From IMG/VR virus record IMGVR_UViG_2721755758_000001, positions 8,709-72,708 of that record: a stretch of 64,000 bases of DNA. One strand, given 5' to 3'. Positions 47,075-57,195 of this stretch are shown one piece after another; positions within the stretch are counted from its first letter, which is position 1; every line of letters starts with the position of its first letter. Source of the DNA: a virus. Its lineage: Duplodnaviria > Caudoviricetes. A program made the position numbers and the translations under genes. The notes beneath the pieces are model-generated. The model ran no database searches. It had not been told where the DNA came from and worked only from the letters and a program-made list of their open reading frames with translations.

Positions 47075-48436
47075 ATGGCTATTCCAACAGCATTAAGTAA
47101 TAACAATGAAATACCATTAGATGAAACAAATTATGAAGTTGTGGCTGGAAGTAACACTTCCGGAGAAATAATGTACGGAAGAAGATGCCGAGTTATATTG
47201 GCAGATAAAGATAATAATGCCCTTGATGTATCTGAACTAAGAGTTGTTTTTAATTGTACAAAAAGCATGGCTATGGAACCTAATTTGAGTATAATTAAAA
47301 TCTATAATCTTAATGTGCCTACAGAAAATAAAATCATGAATGATATGGTCAGAGTAACAATTGAAGCTGGATATGAAGGTAATATATTTGGTCAAATATT
47401 TGATGGAGATATAATACAAACAATAAGTTATAAAGAAGATGCAACAACATTTGTATTGGAAATACTTGCAGTTGATTGTGATAGGGCTATAAATTTTAAT
47501 TTTGTTAATTTTACTTTAACCAAAGGACTTACGCAAAGAAAACAATTAGAAGAAATTTCAAATAGAGCAGGCAATCCAGTCAGTTTAGGGAGTATTTCTT
47601 CAAAGTTAAATACAAAAGCATTAACAAGAGGAAAAACCTTTTTTGGTAAGCAAAGTGATTACGTTAGGCAACTTGCAAGAAGCAATGAACTTCAAGGATA
47701 TTACGAGAATGGTGAAATAAATATAATAGATTTTGAAGAATTACCAGAAGGAGAAATACTCGAAATTGGACCTCAAAGTGGACTAGTAGGATTCCCTGAA
47801 CAAACTGATTTTGGAATTGAAATAAAATGTTTAATAAATCCACTTTTAAAAATAAACACACTATTCCATATAGATAATACGTTAATAAAGGCTAAGAGAG
47901 TTCAGGTAAGTTCAAGTAATACTGTTCCTGCTAGTTCAAATGGAACATCAATGAATTCAACAGGGGTTCGTAATAAGATAATTGAAGAAGCAAAAAGAAT
48001 ATGTGATGATCCTAATGTTCAATATAGCATGGATTATAGAGGTCAAACTATAAATGGTATAACTTATTGGGATTGTAGTTTATTTGCTAAACATTGCTAT
48101 GAATATGCAGGACTTAGCATAGTTGATATAACAGGACCACAATATAATCAAGTTCAAAATGAGGGTGGTAAGTTTATAAGTCAAAATGAAGCAAAACCAG
48201 GAGATTTAGTTTTTTGGGGAAAAGGAGATGCTTGCCATCATGTAGCAATATATGCAGGAGATAATCATTGCTATGCTGCAAGAGGAAAAGATGGAAGAGC
48301 ACCTGCTGACCAAGTTCAATATCATGAAGTTTATACATCTAATGATGGACCAATATTTGCAATACCTAAATGTTTGATAGATGTAGATGGTGCAGATGTA
48401 CCAACAGTAGCAAAAGTAAAAGGAGGAAGTAGATAG
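47075..48436 (+). CDS. Baseplate hub fused to NlpC/P60 peptidase
   Basis: IYNL..VTIEAGY..IFDGDI..SGLVGFPE..CLINP; then WDCS, PGDLVFW, HVAIY. Confidence 0.85.
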   Translation: MAIPTALSNNNEIPLDETNYEVVAGSNTSGEIMYGRRCRVILADKDNNALDVSELRVVFNCTKSMAMEPNLSIIKIYNLNVPTENKIMNDMVRVTIEAGYEGNIFGQIFDGDIIQTISYKEDATTFVLEILAVDCDRAINFNFVNFTLTKGLTQRKQLEEISNRAGNPVSLGSISSKLNTKALTRGKTFFGKQSDYVRQLARSNELQGYYENGEINIIDFEELPEGEILEIGPQSGLVGFPEQTDFGIEIKCLINPLLKINTLFHIDNTLIKAKRVQVSSSNTVPASSNGTSMNSTGVRNKIIEEAKRICDDPNVQYSMDYRGQTINGITYWDCSLFAKHCYEYAGLSIVDITGPQYNQVQNEGGKFISQNEAKPGDLVFWGKGDACHHVAIYAGDNHCYAARGKDGRAPADQVQYHEVYTSNDGPIFAIPKCLIDVDGADVPTVAKVKGGSR

Positions 48437-49029
48437 TGCATAACAATATTAACTTATCGCAAATGTTTGATAGTAAAGATGAATTTTATAGAAATCTTAA
48501 AGATAATATCAAAAAAGAAATAAGAGTATGTATGCCAGGAGAAATAGTTTCTTTTGATTGTAAAAATCAAACTGCAACTGTTATGCCTTTACTTCTTCAG
48601 AAAGTATCTGAAGATGCTCAAAATTTTGAATATCAACAGATATCTCCATTGTTAGACGTGCAAGTAATTTTGCCTAGATGTAATAACTTCGTATTAACAT
48701 TTCCTTTAAGTAAGGGAGACGAAGGAATACTTATTTTTATGGATAATTGCTATAATTTAGTATGGGATAAGGGAGGAGTTCAGGCTCCGGAAGAAGAAAG
48801 ATGCCATGATTTATCCGATGCTATATTTATTCCAACTATATTTTCTAATCCAAAGAATATAAAAAATTATTCTTCTGATTCAACTCAATTAAGAAATATA
48901 GAAGGAAACTCATATATAGAATTTAAAGGAAATGAAATAAACTTAGTTGGTGATGTTAAAATAAATGGAAATGCTTATAGTTCACATGTACATACTGTAG
49001 GAGATTCAATAACTGGTACTCCTAAATGA
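48436..49029 (+). CDS. Baseplate puncturing spike (gp138/gpV-like)
   Basis: MPGEIVSFD, GDEG..IF.D, HDLSDA, terminal HVH metal-binding motif. Confidence 0.85.
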   Translation: MHNNINLSQMFDSKDEFYRNLKDNIKKEIRVCMPGEIVSFDCKNQTATVMPLLLQKVSEDAQNFEYQQISPLLDVQVILPRCNNFVLTFPLSKGDEGILIFMDNCYNLVWDKGGVQAPEEERCHDLSDAIFIPTIFSNPKNIKNYSSDSTQLRNIEGNSYIEFKGNEINLVGDVKINGNAYSSHVHTVGDSITGTPK

Positions 49030-49080
49030 TAAAAAGCTAATAAAAAGCTAATAAAAATATTATAAAAAAAGAGATAAAAT
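49029..49080 (+). promoter_or_regulatory. Putative activator-dependent late promoter
   Basis: ATAAAAAGCTA ATAAAAAGCTA ATAAAAATATT, then TAAAAT at 49075. Confidence 0.55.
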
Positions 49081-49089
49081 AAAAATAGT

Positions 49090-49120
49090 AAGGTACTCAG
49101 AGAGTGCCTTTTTTATTTTT
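49090..49120 (+). terminator. Intrinsic terminator
   Basis: AAGGTACTC-AGA-GAGTGCCTT plus T tract. Confidence 0.7.
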
Positions 49121-49144
49121 ACCTTTTTGAAAGAAGGTGATTTT

Positions 49145-49507
49145 TTGATTTATAGAATTTTAGATGTTAATGGAGATTATCAATTTGGAAAGGGCCTACA
49201 ACAATTTACATATGGATCCTATGCAGTAGCGCAAGCAATAAAAACAAGATTAAAGTTCTTGAAAGGCGAATGGTTTGAAAATATAAAAAGTGGGCTTCCG
49301 CTTTTTCAACAAATAATTGGTCAAAGCGGTACTAATATAGCTTTAGAATTAATTGATGCAATTATTAAAGAAAGAATAATTAACACTTTAAATGTTACAA
49401 ATATAGAAAGCTATACACATGAATATGATAGTATATCAAGAAAATATAGTTTTAACTGTGTAGTTAATACACCTTTTGGACCTATAACAGTTTCTGATAT
49501 TTATTAG
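49145..49507 (+). CDS. Baseplate wedge protein (gp25/gp46-like)
   Basis: LD.NGDY.FG, AVAQAIKTRL...GEWF. Confidence 0.8.
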   Translation: MIYRILDVNGDYQFGKGLQQFTYGSYAVAQAIKTRLKFLKGEWFENIKSGLPLFQQIIGQSGTNIALELIDAIIKERIINTLNVTNIESYTHEYDSISRKYSFNCVVNTPFGPITVSDIY

Positions 49508-49521
49508 TAAGGAGGAAACTT

Positions 49522-50688
49522 ATGTATTTTAAACCGTACATAGATGAAACAGGATACCATTATCCTACATATGAAGATATTAAGAAATATCATGTTGATG
49601 CCGCAAAAAAAATATTTGGCGATGATATATATCTAGAAGAGGACAGTATGGACTATCAATTTTTAGCTATATTGTCAGAAAGTGAGTATGATACATATCA
49701 GTCTGTAGAACATGCAATTATATGTAGAAGTCCATCTACAGCAGTAGGGACTGGATTAGATAGTATTATAAAATTAAATGGTATAAAAAGAAAAGATGAA
49801 AAGTATAGCACTGTCAACGCTATCTTGAATGGAACAAAAGGAACTTTAGTGAAAAACGGAAAAGTTATTGATAAAAGTAATATTATATGGAATTTACCAT
49901 CAGAAGTGAACTTTGATAATGAAGAAATAACGATTAAAATTACTTGCAGCATACCAGGGCCAATTGTATGCAATCCAGGTGATATTATAACAATAGCAAC
50001 TACACAATATGGATGGAATTCCGTAAGAATAGAAGAATCAGCTACATTGGGTAGATTAATTGAAAGTCCTGAAAAGCTTCGTATAAGACAGACTAAGAAC
50101 GTTTCATTACCATCTAAAAGTATATTGGATGGTACTTATGCTGCATTATCGAATTTAGAAGGAACAGATAGAGTTGAAATATATGAGAATTATACTGATA
50201 AAACTGATGAATTAGGAATACCTGCTCATTCGATTGCTTGTGTCGTAGAAAATGGTGATAATGAAGAAATAGCAAAATCTATATTGATTCATAAAGGCCC
50301 TGGATGTGGAACATACGGAACTACATCTGCTATAGTTCAAGATTCACGTGGGAAAGATAACACTATTAATTATTTTAGGCCAACTTTTAGAGATATAGAT
50401 GTTAATATTTCAATCAAAAAACTAAAGAAATTTACGACAGCTGATACAGATACTATTAAAAAAAATATAGAGGAATATCTAAATAGTTTAAATATAGGAA
50501 CAGATATTGATATATCGATGTTGTGGGCGGTTTCTCTTAAATCGATTAATTTAACAAATCCTACCTTTTCTATTTTAGGAATAACTATCTGCATTCACGG
50601 AGGAACATTATCTCCTAATAATATAGATATAGCTTTTAATGAATGCGCTCGTGGAAATAAAGACTATATAACTATAAGTGGGGTGTAA
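49522..50688 (+). CDS. Baseplate J/gp47 family protein
   Basis: TA.GTGLD, ES.E.LR.R, YEN.T, GIPAHSI..VV. Confidence 0.9.
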   Translation: MYFKPYIDETGYHYPTYEDIKKYHVDAAKKIFGDDIYLEEDSMDYQFLAILSESEYDTYQSVEHAIICRSPSTAVGTGLDSIIKLNGIKRKDEKYSTVNAILNGTKGTLVKNGKVIDKSNIIWNLPSEVNFDNEEITIKITCSIPGPIVCNPGDIITIATTQYGWNSVRIEESATLGRLIESPEKLRIRQTKNVSLPSKSILDGTYAALSNLEGTDRVEIYENYTDKTDELGIPAHSIACVVENGDNEEIAKSILIHKGPGCGTYGTTSAIVQDSRGKDNTINYFRPTFRDIDVNISIKKLKKFTTADTDTIKKNIEEYLNSLNIGTDIDISMLWAVSLKSINLTNPTFSILGITICIHGGTLSPNNIDIAFNECARGNKDYITISGV

Positions 50689-50694
50689 CAACTT

Positions 50695-51420
50695 ATGGGA
50701 TATATGTCTATTGATGATTATTTAAGACAAGTAACATCTCAATATCAATCAAGTCCTAAATTTATGGCTTGGATGAAACATCATATTGATACATTAGATG
50801 GAACCAAAGAAATTTTAAAAAATTTCAATTTTTATTATGATATCGATGAAGCTATTGGAACTCAATTAGATGCGTTAGGAGAAACAGTAGGAAGGAACAG
50901 ACAACTCGATTTTCAACCTTTAAATGGTTACAATCCAATTATGACTGATGAAGTATATAGATTAGTAATAAAAGCAAAAATAGCTATGAATATGTGGGAC
51001 GGACTTTTAGATGGTATTTATGATATATGGGATAATATATTCGAAGATATAAGCCTTGAGATAAAAGATAATCAAGATATGACTATTGATGCTTACGTTG
51101 TAGGCTTTGTTAATCAGATAAGACAATATTTAGTGCAAGAAGGAATGATAGTTCCAAGACCAGAAGGCGTTAAGATAAATTATTACACTAAATCATATAT
51201 AAAAGATGATTTATATGTTGGTATGACAGTTTGTGAAGGCGTAAGACAAACTATAGATATGAAATATACTCCTGAGCCTTCAAAGTTTGATACAAATGTT
51301 GGAATAGTTGTTAGTAATGTTATAAAATCTACTATTAATATGAAGTCTTTCAAAAGAATCATAAACATAAAGGAAGGTAATTATCTATCGACTTTAGATA
51401 GGAAAATTATAAAATTTTAA
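50695..51420 (+). CDS. Baseplate protein (DUF2612)
   Basis: A.GTQLD.LG..VGR.R, DNQDMT, PRPEGV. Confidence 0.85.
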   Translation: MGYMSIDDYLRQVTSQYQSSPKFMAWMKHHIDTLDGTKEILKNFNFYYDIDEAIGTQLDALGETVGRNRQLDFQPLNGYNPIMTDEVYRLVIKAKIAMNMWDGLLDGIYDIWDNIFEDISLEIKDNQDMTIDAYVVGFVNQIRQYLVQEGMIVPRPEGVKINYYTKSYIKDDLYVGMTVCEGVRQTIDMKYTPEPSKFDTNVGIVVSNVIKSTINMKSFKRIINIKEGNYLSTLDRKIIKF

Positions 51421-51433
51421 AAGAGGTGATTGT

Positions 51434-52555
51434 ATGCTTTTTGTAGGGAACGATATCTTAGATACAATTTCAATCAACGAAATGGATAGTTCTAGCAAAA
51501 TAAAAAATAATGATTTTTTAATGTTTATTGATTCTGACAATAATACTTTTAAAATTTCTAAAGAAAATTTATTAGAAGAAGTTTATCAAAATATATTTTC
51601 ATTATATAGCAACATAAAAGATCTGAATATAAAAAAACGATTTTTCAATCCCCAATTAGGCATATTTATGGACTTAAATCCAAATGGTGGTATTGAAATT
51701 TCTCAAGAAAAGATGATTAACAATTTAGAATTGATAAAAAAATATAAAATAGAAAAACTAGTTATTCAACCATGGGTTATTTGGGATGAATCTACAAAAA
51801 AATTAACTTTAAAAAATTCTATAGAAAATTTAAAGTTTTTAATAAATGAAGCTACTAAAAGAGAAATTAAAATAGCTTGCTTGAAAATACACTTTTACAA
51901 TATTAATTATTCTAATTTAATAAGTAGTGGAAATATTGATTCTTTTATATCTCAATACAAAGCCCTTATTAGTGATTTTCTCTCTTATTTTAAAGAAATA
52001 AATATTCCTTATGTTATTCCTTTTAATGAATGTTCTGTTTTTTATAAAAAAAATTCTTTGTATATAGATTTTGTAAATACAGTCTTATATGCTGTTAAAG
52101 ATTTAGGATTCAAGGTTGGGATAAGTACAATGGGTGCTAAAGAAACACTTGAAATGGATGATACTATAAAGAAAAATGTTGATGATTTTTTTGTAAATTG
52201 CTATCCAAAAATATCATATAAATTCGAAGAAACCACATATAGAGATTGTATAAATTCATGGGATAACTCATATGAGCACAAATGTGTTCAACAGATAAAA
52301 TCAGATTTTCCTAATAAAAAAATTATAATGTCAGAAACTGGATGTAATGATTATTGGGTTAGTCTTTGCAATCCAGGGAACTGGAAGCTAACTGGAAATG
52401 CTAAAACTGGAGGATTAGCTCCAATGTATATGCTAGAAGGTTTATTTAGATCTGATATGCAAGATTATATAGAAGAAGTTTGGTGGTGCTATTGGGATAG
52501 TATTTTAAATGATAATTGCAAAAATATTATAGAAAGATATATAGGAGGAATATAG
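51434..52555 (+). CDS. Tail-associated clan-A TIM-barrel glycoside hydrolase
   Basis: Fibre-type N-terminal anchor ISINEM...D.L......T.KI; PFNE and IIMSETG catalytic-like motifs. Confidence 0.65.
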   Translation: MLFVGNDILDTISINEMDSSSKIKNNDFLMFIDSDNNTFKISKENLLEEVYQNIFSLYSNIKDLNIKKRFFNPQLGIFMDLNPNGGIEISQEKMINNLELIKKYKIEKLVIQPWVIWDESTKKLTLKNSIENLKFLINEATKREIKIACLKIHFYNINYSNLISSGNIDSFISQYKALISDFLSYFKEINIPYVIPFNECSVFYKKNSLYIDFVNTVLYAVKDLGFKVGISTMGAKETLEMDDTIKKNVDDFFVNCYPKISYKFEETTYRDCINSWDNSYEHKCVQQIKSDFPNKKIIMSETGCNDYWVSLCNPGNWKLTGNAKTGGLAPMYMLEGLFRSDMQDYIEEVWWCYWDSILNDNCKNIIERYIGGI

Positions 52556-52556
52556 T

Positions 52557-53306
52557 GTGGAGAAGTTTACTACAGACATAGAAACTGATGATTTTGCGCT
52601 AACAAATGAAACTAAATATTATGCAAAATTATTCACAACATATACTAATATAAACGAAAGCAATCATTATAATGATTGCCAAATTATTTTCAGAGTATAT
52701 CATTTATCATCTACTAGCGGGATGTGTAAACCCAAAGAATTTATAATGACTTTTGTAAGAAATGGTTCAGATATAATTGAATTTAGAGATTTAAACCCAG
52801 AAGAAACATTTTTAAAAATAGGTTATACTGTAAACTCTGATGGTATAGTTACCGTATATGGAAAAGGAAATAAAGTAGGAGCAAAAATTAAACTACAGGT
52901 ATTATATGCAACTACAATAGGTATGTTTAAATTTTATAATAACAGTGAATTTATAAATAATCCCGAAGGATTAATTTTCCCTTCTGTTTTTTATGAAAAA
53001 ACAGAAGAATTAGCTTTAGAAAATGGATGGACTAAAGATACATATATTAACTCATATTATTCTAGAAAAGAAAGAATAGTATTCGTAAATACCATAATAT
53101 ATGATGGAATATATAGTGAAGGAACTCTTATAACAACTATACCTTATACACCACAATATAGTATATATATTCCTTGTTCCTGCTATGATAATAATAATAT
53201 TTGCGTATCTGGAATATTAAAAATGAGTAAAGATGGAAAACTTACTGTTATAAATTTACCCAACAACAAAAGAGTTGTATGTAGTTTTTCATATTTTACA
53301 ATATAA
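52557..53306 (+). CDS. Tail fibre/receptor-binding protein
   Basis: C-terminal L.NGW...GTLITTIP..P....DGKL beta domain. Confidence 0.6.
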   Translation: MEKFTTDIETDDFALTNETKYYAKLFTTYTNINESNHYNDCQIIFRVYHLSSTSGMCKPKEFIMTFVRNGSDIIEFRDLNPEETFLKIGYTVNSDGIVTVYGKGNKVGAKIKLQVLYATTIGMFKFYNNSEFINNPEGLIFPSVFYEKTEELALENGWTKDTYINSYYSRKERIVFVNTIIYDGIYSEGTLITTIPYTPQYSIYIPCSCYDNNNICVSGILKMSKDGKLTVINLPNNKRVVCSFSYFTI

Positions 53307-53320
53307 GGAGTGACAATAAA

Positions 53321-54049
53321 ATGGCAGTCATACAAAATATGCAGATTACTAACCGAGGAAAAGTTCTATATTCGAAAGTTCAAGCTGGAAATCCATTGAA
53401 ATTTACTAAATTTAAAATAGGCTCAGGAAAGATAACAAGTGAAAATATAGAAGAACTAGAAGATCTGATTGATTATAAATTTGATGCTTCATTGATAAGC
53501 ATTGTTCCTTTATCATCTGCTAGACAGGCAAAAATAACAACTACATTCAATAATAATGATTTAGAGGAAAGCTACTATATTTGTGAATTTGGATTATATG
53601 CAGAAGATCCACAAGAAGGAGAAATACTTTACGGATATGCAACTGCAGGAGAATATGGAGATTATTTGGCGCCTATATCGCAAGGTGCTTATACTTGGAT
53701 ATGGGAAGTAAATGCAGCTGTTGGAAATGCCAGTAACATAACGGTTGATGTAAATACGCTTAGTTTTGATATAGGATTATTAAATACAAATGAAAATTTA
53801 ACTATTATATCTGGTTCAAATCAATATGAAATAAATCAAAAGGCGGATACATTATTAGAAAAACATGAAGAATTAGTAACATCTAATACAAGTGACTTAA
53901 ATCTATTAAAATTAAAATTCGCAATATTATCTGCAACATTAAGCTATGGAATGCAAAATAACGCATTTCTTCTTAATTTTGATGATATAGATGATATTTC
54001 TCTATCTCGTGGTATATGGGATAAAGAGAATAAGAAAATTTACGTATAG
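53321..54049 (+). CDS. Tail fibre/collar protein
   Basis: ITNRG..L..K....L.FTK..IGSG, EFGLYAEDP.EGEILY. Confidence 0.8.
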   Translation: MAVIQNMQITNRGKVLYSKVQAGNPLKFTKFKIGSGKITSENIEELEDLIDYKFDASLISIVPLSSARQAKITTTFNNNDLEESYYICEFGLYAEDPQEGEILYGYATAGEYGDYLAPISQGAYTWIWEVNAAVGNASNITVDVNTLSFDIGLLNTNENLTIISGSNQYEINQKADTLLEKHEELVTSNTSDLNLLKLKFAILSATLSYGMQNNAFLLNFDDIDDISLSRGIWDKENKKIYV

Positions 54050-54061
54050 GAGGAGTATTGA

Positions 54062-55393
54062 ATGGCTTACAATAATATATTATCCATATATAAACTTAAT
54101 GATAGTAGTGACTATAATATAGTTAATGTTTCTCAAAAATTTGAAGATAATAAAATTAAATTTTACGCAGAGTTTGTGCCAAGAAGTTATCATTACATTT
54201 ACGATTTGAATTTGAGTGGAAATTTAAAATATACTTTAAATAATGTTGATTGTTATACTCAAAATACTAAAATAGTATTTAGCAAAAATTGTTCTTTGGC
54301 CTCTTGCTATTTTGAAATACCTTTAAGTATAAATGACATTGGGAAAAAAATATGTATGAGTAATGATTACATTATTGGTATTACATGGGGAACTAGTCTT
54401 GCTCATTATAATTTTAGAATTAGTATTAATGGTTCAACAGGTTCAACAACAATTCCCGCTGACTGGTTTAGTCAACCTCCTACTATAAACGGTAGCACAG
54501 GCGGAACTATAGATTTAGGAAATAAAAATTCTGGATTTAGCATTAATTATACCGTTGATAGTCTTATCAGTAGTGATTCATTGACTGTTATAGAATATCT
54601 AAATGGAAATCAAATTAGAAATATTTCTAACGCTCCTAAAGGACAGACTTTAACTATTAATATTTCTAAAGACCAACTTTATTCTTTACCTTTAAATACA
54701 AAAAATACAATAACTATAAGCGTAAATAACAATCAAGGACAAATAGTATATCAATATTATACTTTTGTTAGAACAAATACTCCTCCGACTATATCAAGTT
54801 CAACAACTAATCTGGGAACTTTATCTAACATTCCACCTGCTCTATCGTTTAATATAAATGATGTGGAAAATGATACAAATATGAATTTGAGTGTATTTTT
54901 AGATGATATATTAATAGATTCTAAAACTAATGTTAGTAATAATACAAATTCATATTCAGTGTCTTTATCCAAATGGTTAACTATTAAAAATGGATCTCAT
55001 AAGATAAGACTTACAATTCAAGATAGCATAGGTGCTGCAAATAGTCTTGAATTTACATTTATAAAAAATGAAACCACTATGCAATCAGATTCGTTGACTA
55101 ATATAATAAAAACTGATATCTTAGCGACAAAAATAGTTTTATTAGCATTGTGGAATGGGTATGAAAATATAGACCAATCAAATTCTTATATAAAAGTATG
55201 TAATAATGCTTATGACACCGCTCCAGTATGGGAAGATGTGTTAAGTGAAGTTATTAGCGGTAATCCTCATACATTTTTAAATAAAACTAAAACTGCTACT
55301 AATGCAGGCATAAATTTAAAATTTAAATTAGTTAAAAAATCTGGTGTAACAGCAAATATAAATTTACAAGGAATTGGAGGTGCATTTGAATAA
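54062..55393 (+). CDS. Tail fibre protein with Ig-like repeats
   Basis: N.PPTI repeats; VCNNAYD.APVWED..H.FLNKTKTA C-terminus. Confidence 0.75.
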   Translation: MAYNNILSIYKLNDSSDYNIVNVSQKFEDNKIKFYAEFVPRSYHYIYDLNLSGNLKYTLNNVDCYTQNTKIVFSKNCSLASCYFEIPLSINDIGKKICMSNDYIIGITWGTSLAHYNFRISINGSTGSTTIPADWFSQPPTINGSTGGTIDLGNKNSGFSINYTVDSLISSDSLTVIEYLNGNQIRNISNAPKGQTLTINISKDQLYSLPLNTKNTITISVNNNQGQIVYQYYTFVRTNTPPTISSSTTNLGTLSNIPPALSFNINDVENDTNMNLSVFLDDILIDSKTNVSNNTNSYSVSLSKWLTIKNGSHKIRLTIQDSIGAANSLEFTFIKNETTMQSDSLTNIIKTDILATKIVLLALWNGYENIDQSNSYIKVCNNAYDTAPVWEDVLSEVISGNPHTFLNKTKTATNAGINLKFKLVKKSGVTANINLQGIGGAFE

Positions 55394-55581
55394 TGTTAGA
55401 AGTATTTAATGAAAAACCTCTTCAAGAAGTTAAGGAGAGCAAAGAGAAAGAAAAAACTGAATTAAATAGTGATATTTGGGATTCTATATCTTCAATGGGA
55501 GAGGATATAGCATCTCTTTTGTTAAAAATAGAAGAATTGAAAACTCAAATAGGGAAAGGAAGTGATGTAAGTGGTAATTAA
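55393..55581 (+). CDS. Small tail-associated coiled-coil protein
   Basis: Coupled ORF after fibre. Confidence 0.55.
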   Translation: MLEVFNEKPLQEVKESKEKEKTELNSDIWDSISSMGEDIASLLLKIEELKTQIGKGSDVSGN

Positions 55582-55741
55582 AAAGTATCTTGTAATGGCT
55601 TATTCTAATTTAATTGTAGCAGAAAGAATGATTCTGAATCCAATAGAAGGAGATATAAGAAAAGTATGTCCTGATGACTATAGGGATACTGTTTCTGAAT
55701 ATTTAGCTGAAAATTTTATTTCTTATAAGGAGGAACAGTAG
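55571..55741 (+). CDS. Small fibre-assembly-type protein (CD1375/XkdX-like, not in ORF track)
   Basis: GTG start; YLVMAYSNLI.....VCPDDYRDTVSEYL. Confidence 0.55.
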   Translation: MVIKKYLVMAYSNLIVAERMILNPIEGDIRKVCPDDYRDTVSEYLAENFISYKEEQ

Positions 55742-56634
55742 TGTTAGAGTTATCTAAAATTGATTGGAAGAAAACAAATGATAACAAATGGATAGCTTAT
55801 GATGAAAATGGAAATCAAATAACTGGATGGTTGCATGATACAACTAGAGATACTTGGTATTTTTGCTATTCAGATGATATAGCTACAGGATGGATGAAAG
55901 ATAATGATGGAAGATGGTATTATTTTTTCTCTGAACAATGTATAGATTATAACAATCAAATGTATAGAGGAGAAATGAAAGTTGGCTGGTTAAAAGAAAG
56001 TAATAAGTGGTATTATTTATTACCATGGACAAATTCTAATATGGGATTGTATAAAGGCCAAATGATATTTGATACAACTGAGGAAATTGATAATGTAGAA
56101 TATTCATTTAATAAAGATGGAAGTTTGATAGAAAATATAGGTATAAGCGATAGAAGCACTGAATTCATAGCTTCATGGGAGGGATTTTACCCTAAAGCTT
56201 ATGCTGATCCTTATTATGGTGCTAGTGTTCAGTCATATTGGACTATAGGTTATGGAACATGTTACTGTATCCATCCAGAAGCATTTCAAAATGGATTGAA
56301 TTCTACTATTACAAAAGAGTATGCATTAGAATTACTAAAAGATGAAGCTAATAAATGTTATGAAAAAATAGTAAGTAATCTACAGTCAAGAGGTATTGCA
56401 TTAAATGAAGATAAATTATCATCATTAACAAGCTTTAGCTATAATTGTGGTACATCTGCTCTATTCGGAAGCACATTATATAAAAATATTTGTGCTGGAA
56501 TAACAGATGAAAATACTATTAAAAATAACTTTACTGCATGGTCAAAAGCTAACGGACAAACTAGTGAAGGATTATATAGGCGTAGAGTAAAAGAAGCAAA
56601 TATATTTTTATATGGTATATATGAAAATAACTAA
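55741..56634 (+). CDS. Endolysin: cell-wall-binding repeats plus GH24 lysozyme
   Basis: GW.....WYYF repeats; WEG....Y.D...WTIGYG, SFSYNCG, GLYRRR.KE. Confidence 0.9.
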   Translation: MLELSKIDWKKTNDNKWIAYDENGNQITGWLHDTTRDTWYFCYSDDIATGWMKDNDGRWYYFFSEQCIDYNNQMYRGEMKVGWLKESNKWYYLLPWTNSNMGLYKGQMIFDTTEEIDNVEYSFNKDGSLIENIGISDRSTEFIASWEGFYPKAYADPYYGASVQSYWTIGYGTCYCIHPEAFQNGLNSTITKEYALELLKDEANKCYEKIVSNLQSRGIALNEDKLSSLTSFSYNCGTSALFGSTLYKNICAGITDENTIKNNFTAWSKANGQTSEGLYRRRVKEANIFLYGIYENN

Positions 56635-56654
56635 ATTATAAAGGAGATGTTTTT

Positions 56655-56885
56655 ATGTATAAAGATTATTTAAAAAGATTTACTAATCCAGGAACTATTT
56701 TAACTCTTGCAAGCTTAATAGTTTTGCTATTAACTCAATGTGGAGTTAAAGTAGATAACGATCAAGTAATGAGTATTGTTAAAACTCTATGTAGCATAGG
56801 GATAGTTCTAGGTGCTTTAAACAATGCAGAAACTTCAGGATTAGATTTACCTTTTATTAATAAAGATACAGATGAAGAAAAGTAG
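56655..56885 (+). CDS. Holin
   Basis: Two TM segments, RF.N...LG.LNN pattern, next to endolysin. Confidence 0.75.
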   Translation: MYKDYLKRFTNPGTILTLASLIVLLLTQCGVKVDNDQVMSIVKTLCSIGIVLGALNNAETSGLDLPFINKDTDEEK

Positions 56886-56947
56886 GGAACATATATAGGA
56901 GATTAACTAACAGTTAACAAAATATTATAAAACATTAGAAAAGTCTA

Positions 56948-57106
56948 CTATTTTTTAGTAGACTTCAAGAATAAAGATATTGATTTGTCTAATAACTTAG
57001 ATAATGGAATTCCTGTTTTTTCAGAGTATTCCTTAAACTCTTTCCATATTTCTTTTTCAACACTATTAGATATTGGGGTTCTTGTTTTTAAATCTTTGTT
57101 ACTCAT
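56948..57106 (-). CDS. Ribbon-helix-helix protein (52 aa, not in ORF track)
   Basis: RBS GAGGTGA; MSNKDLKTRTPISNSVEKEIWKEFKEYSEKTGIPLSKLLDKSISLFL. Confidence 0.8.
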   Translation of the reverse strand: MSNKDLKTRTPISNSVEKEIWKEFKEYSEKTGIPLSKLLDKSISLFLKSTKK

Positions 57107-57147
57107 TAATGTATCACCTCGAATATATTTTATTATATTATTTATGT

Positions 57148-57178
57148 ACTTGCAAGTCCTTGGACATAATGATATAAT
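57148..57178 (+). promoter_or_regulatory. tnpB promoter with palindrome over -35
   Basis: TTGCAA-17bp-TATAAT with extended TG; ACTTGCAAGT palindrome 57148-57157. Confidence 0.7.
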
Positions 57179-57195
57179 ATTAATATAGAAATGAG

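Noticed and set aside
41581-55393. Stand-alone tailocin or eCIS
   Set aside because: Terminase, portal, capsid and replication genes are all present, so this is a complete phage module.
56985-57188. + strand 67-aa ORF before tnpB
   Set aside because: It is the shadow of the minus-strand RHH gene and runs through the tnpB promoter.
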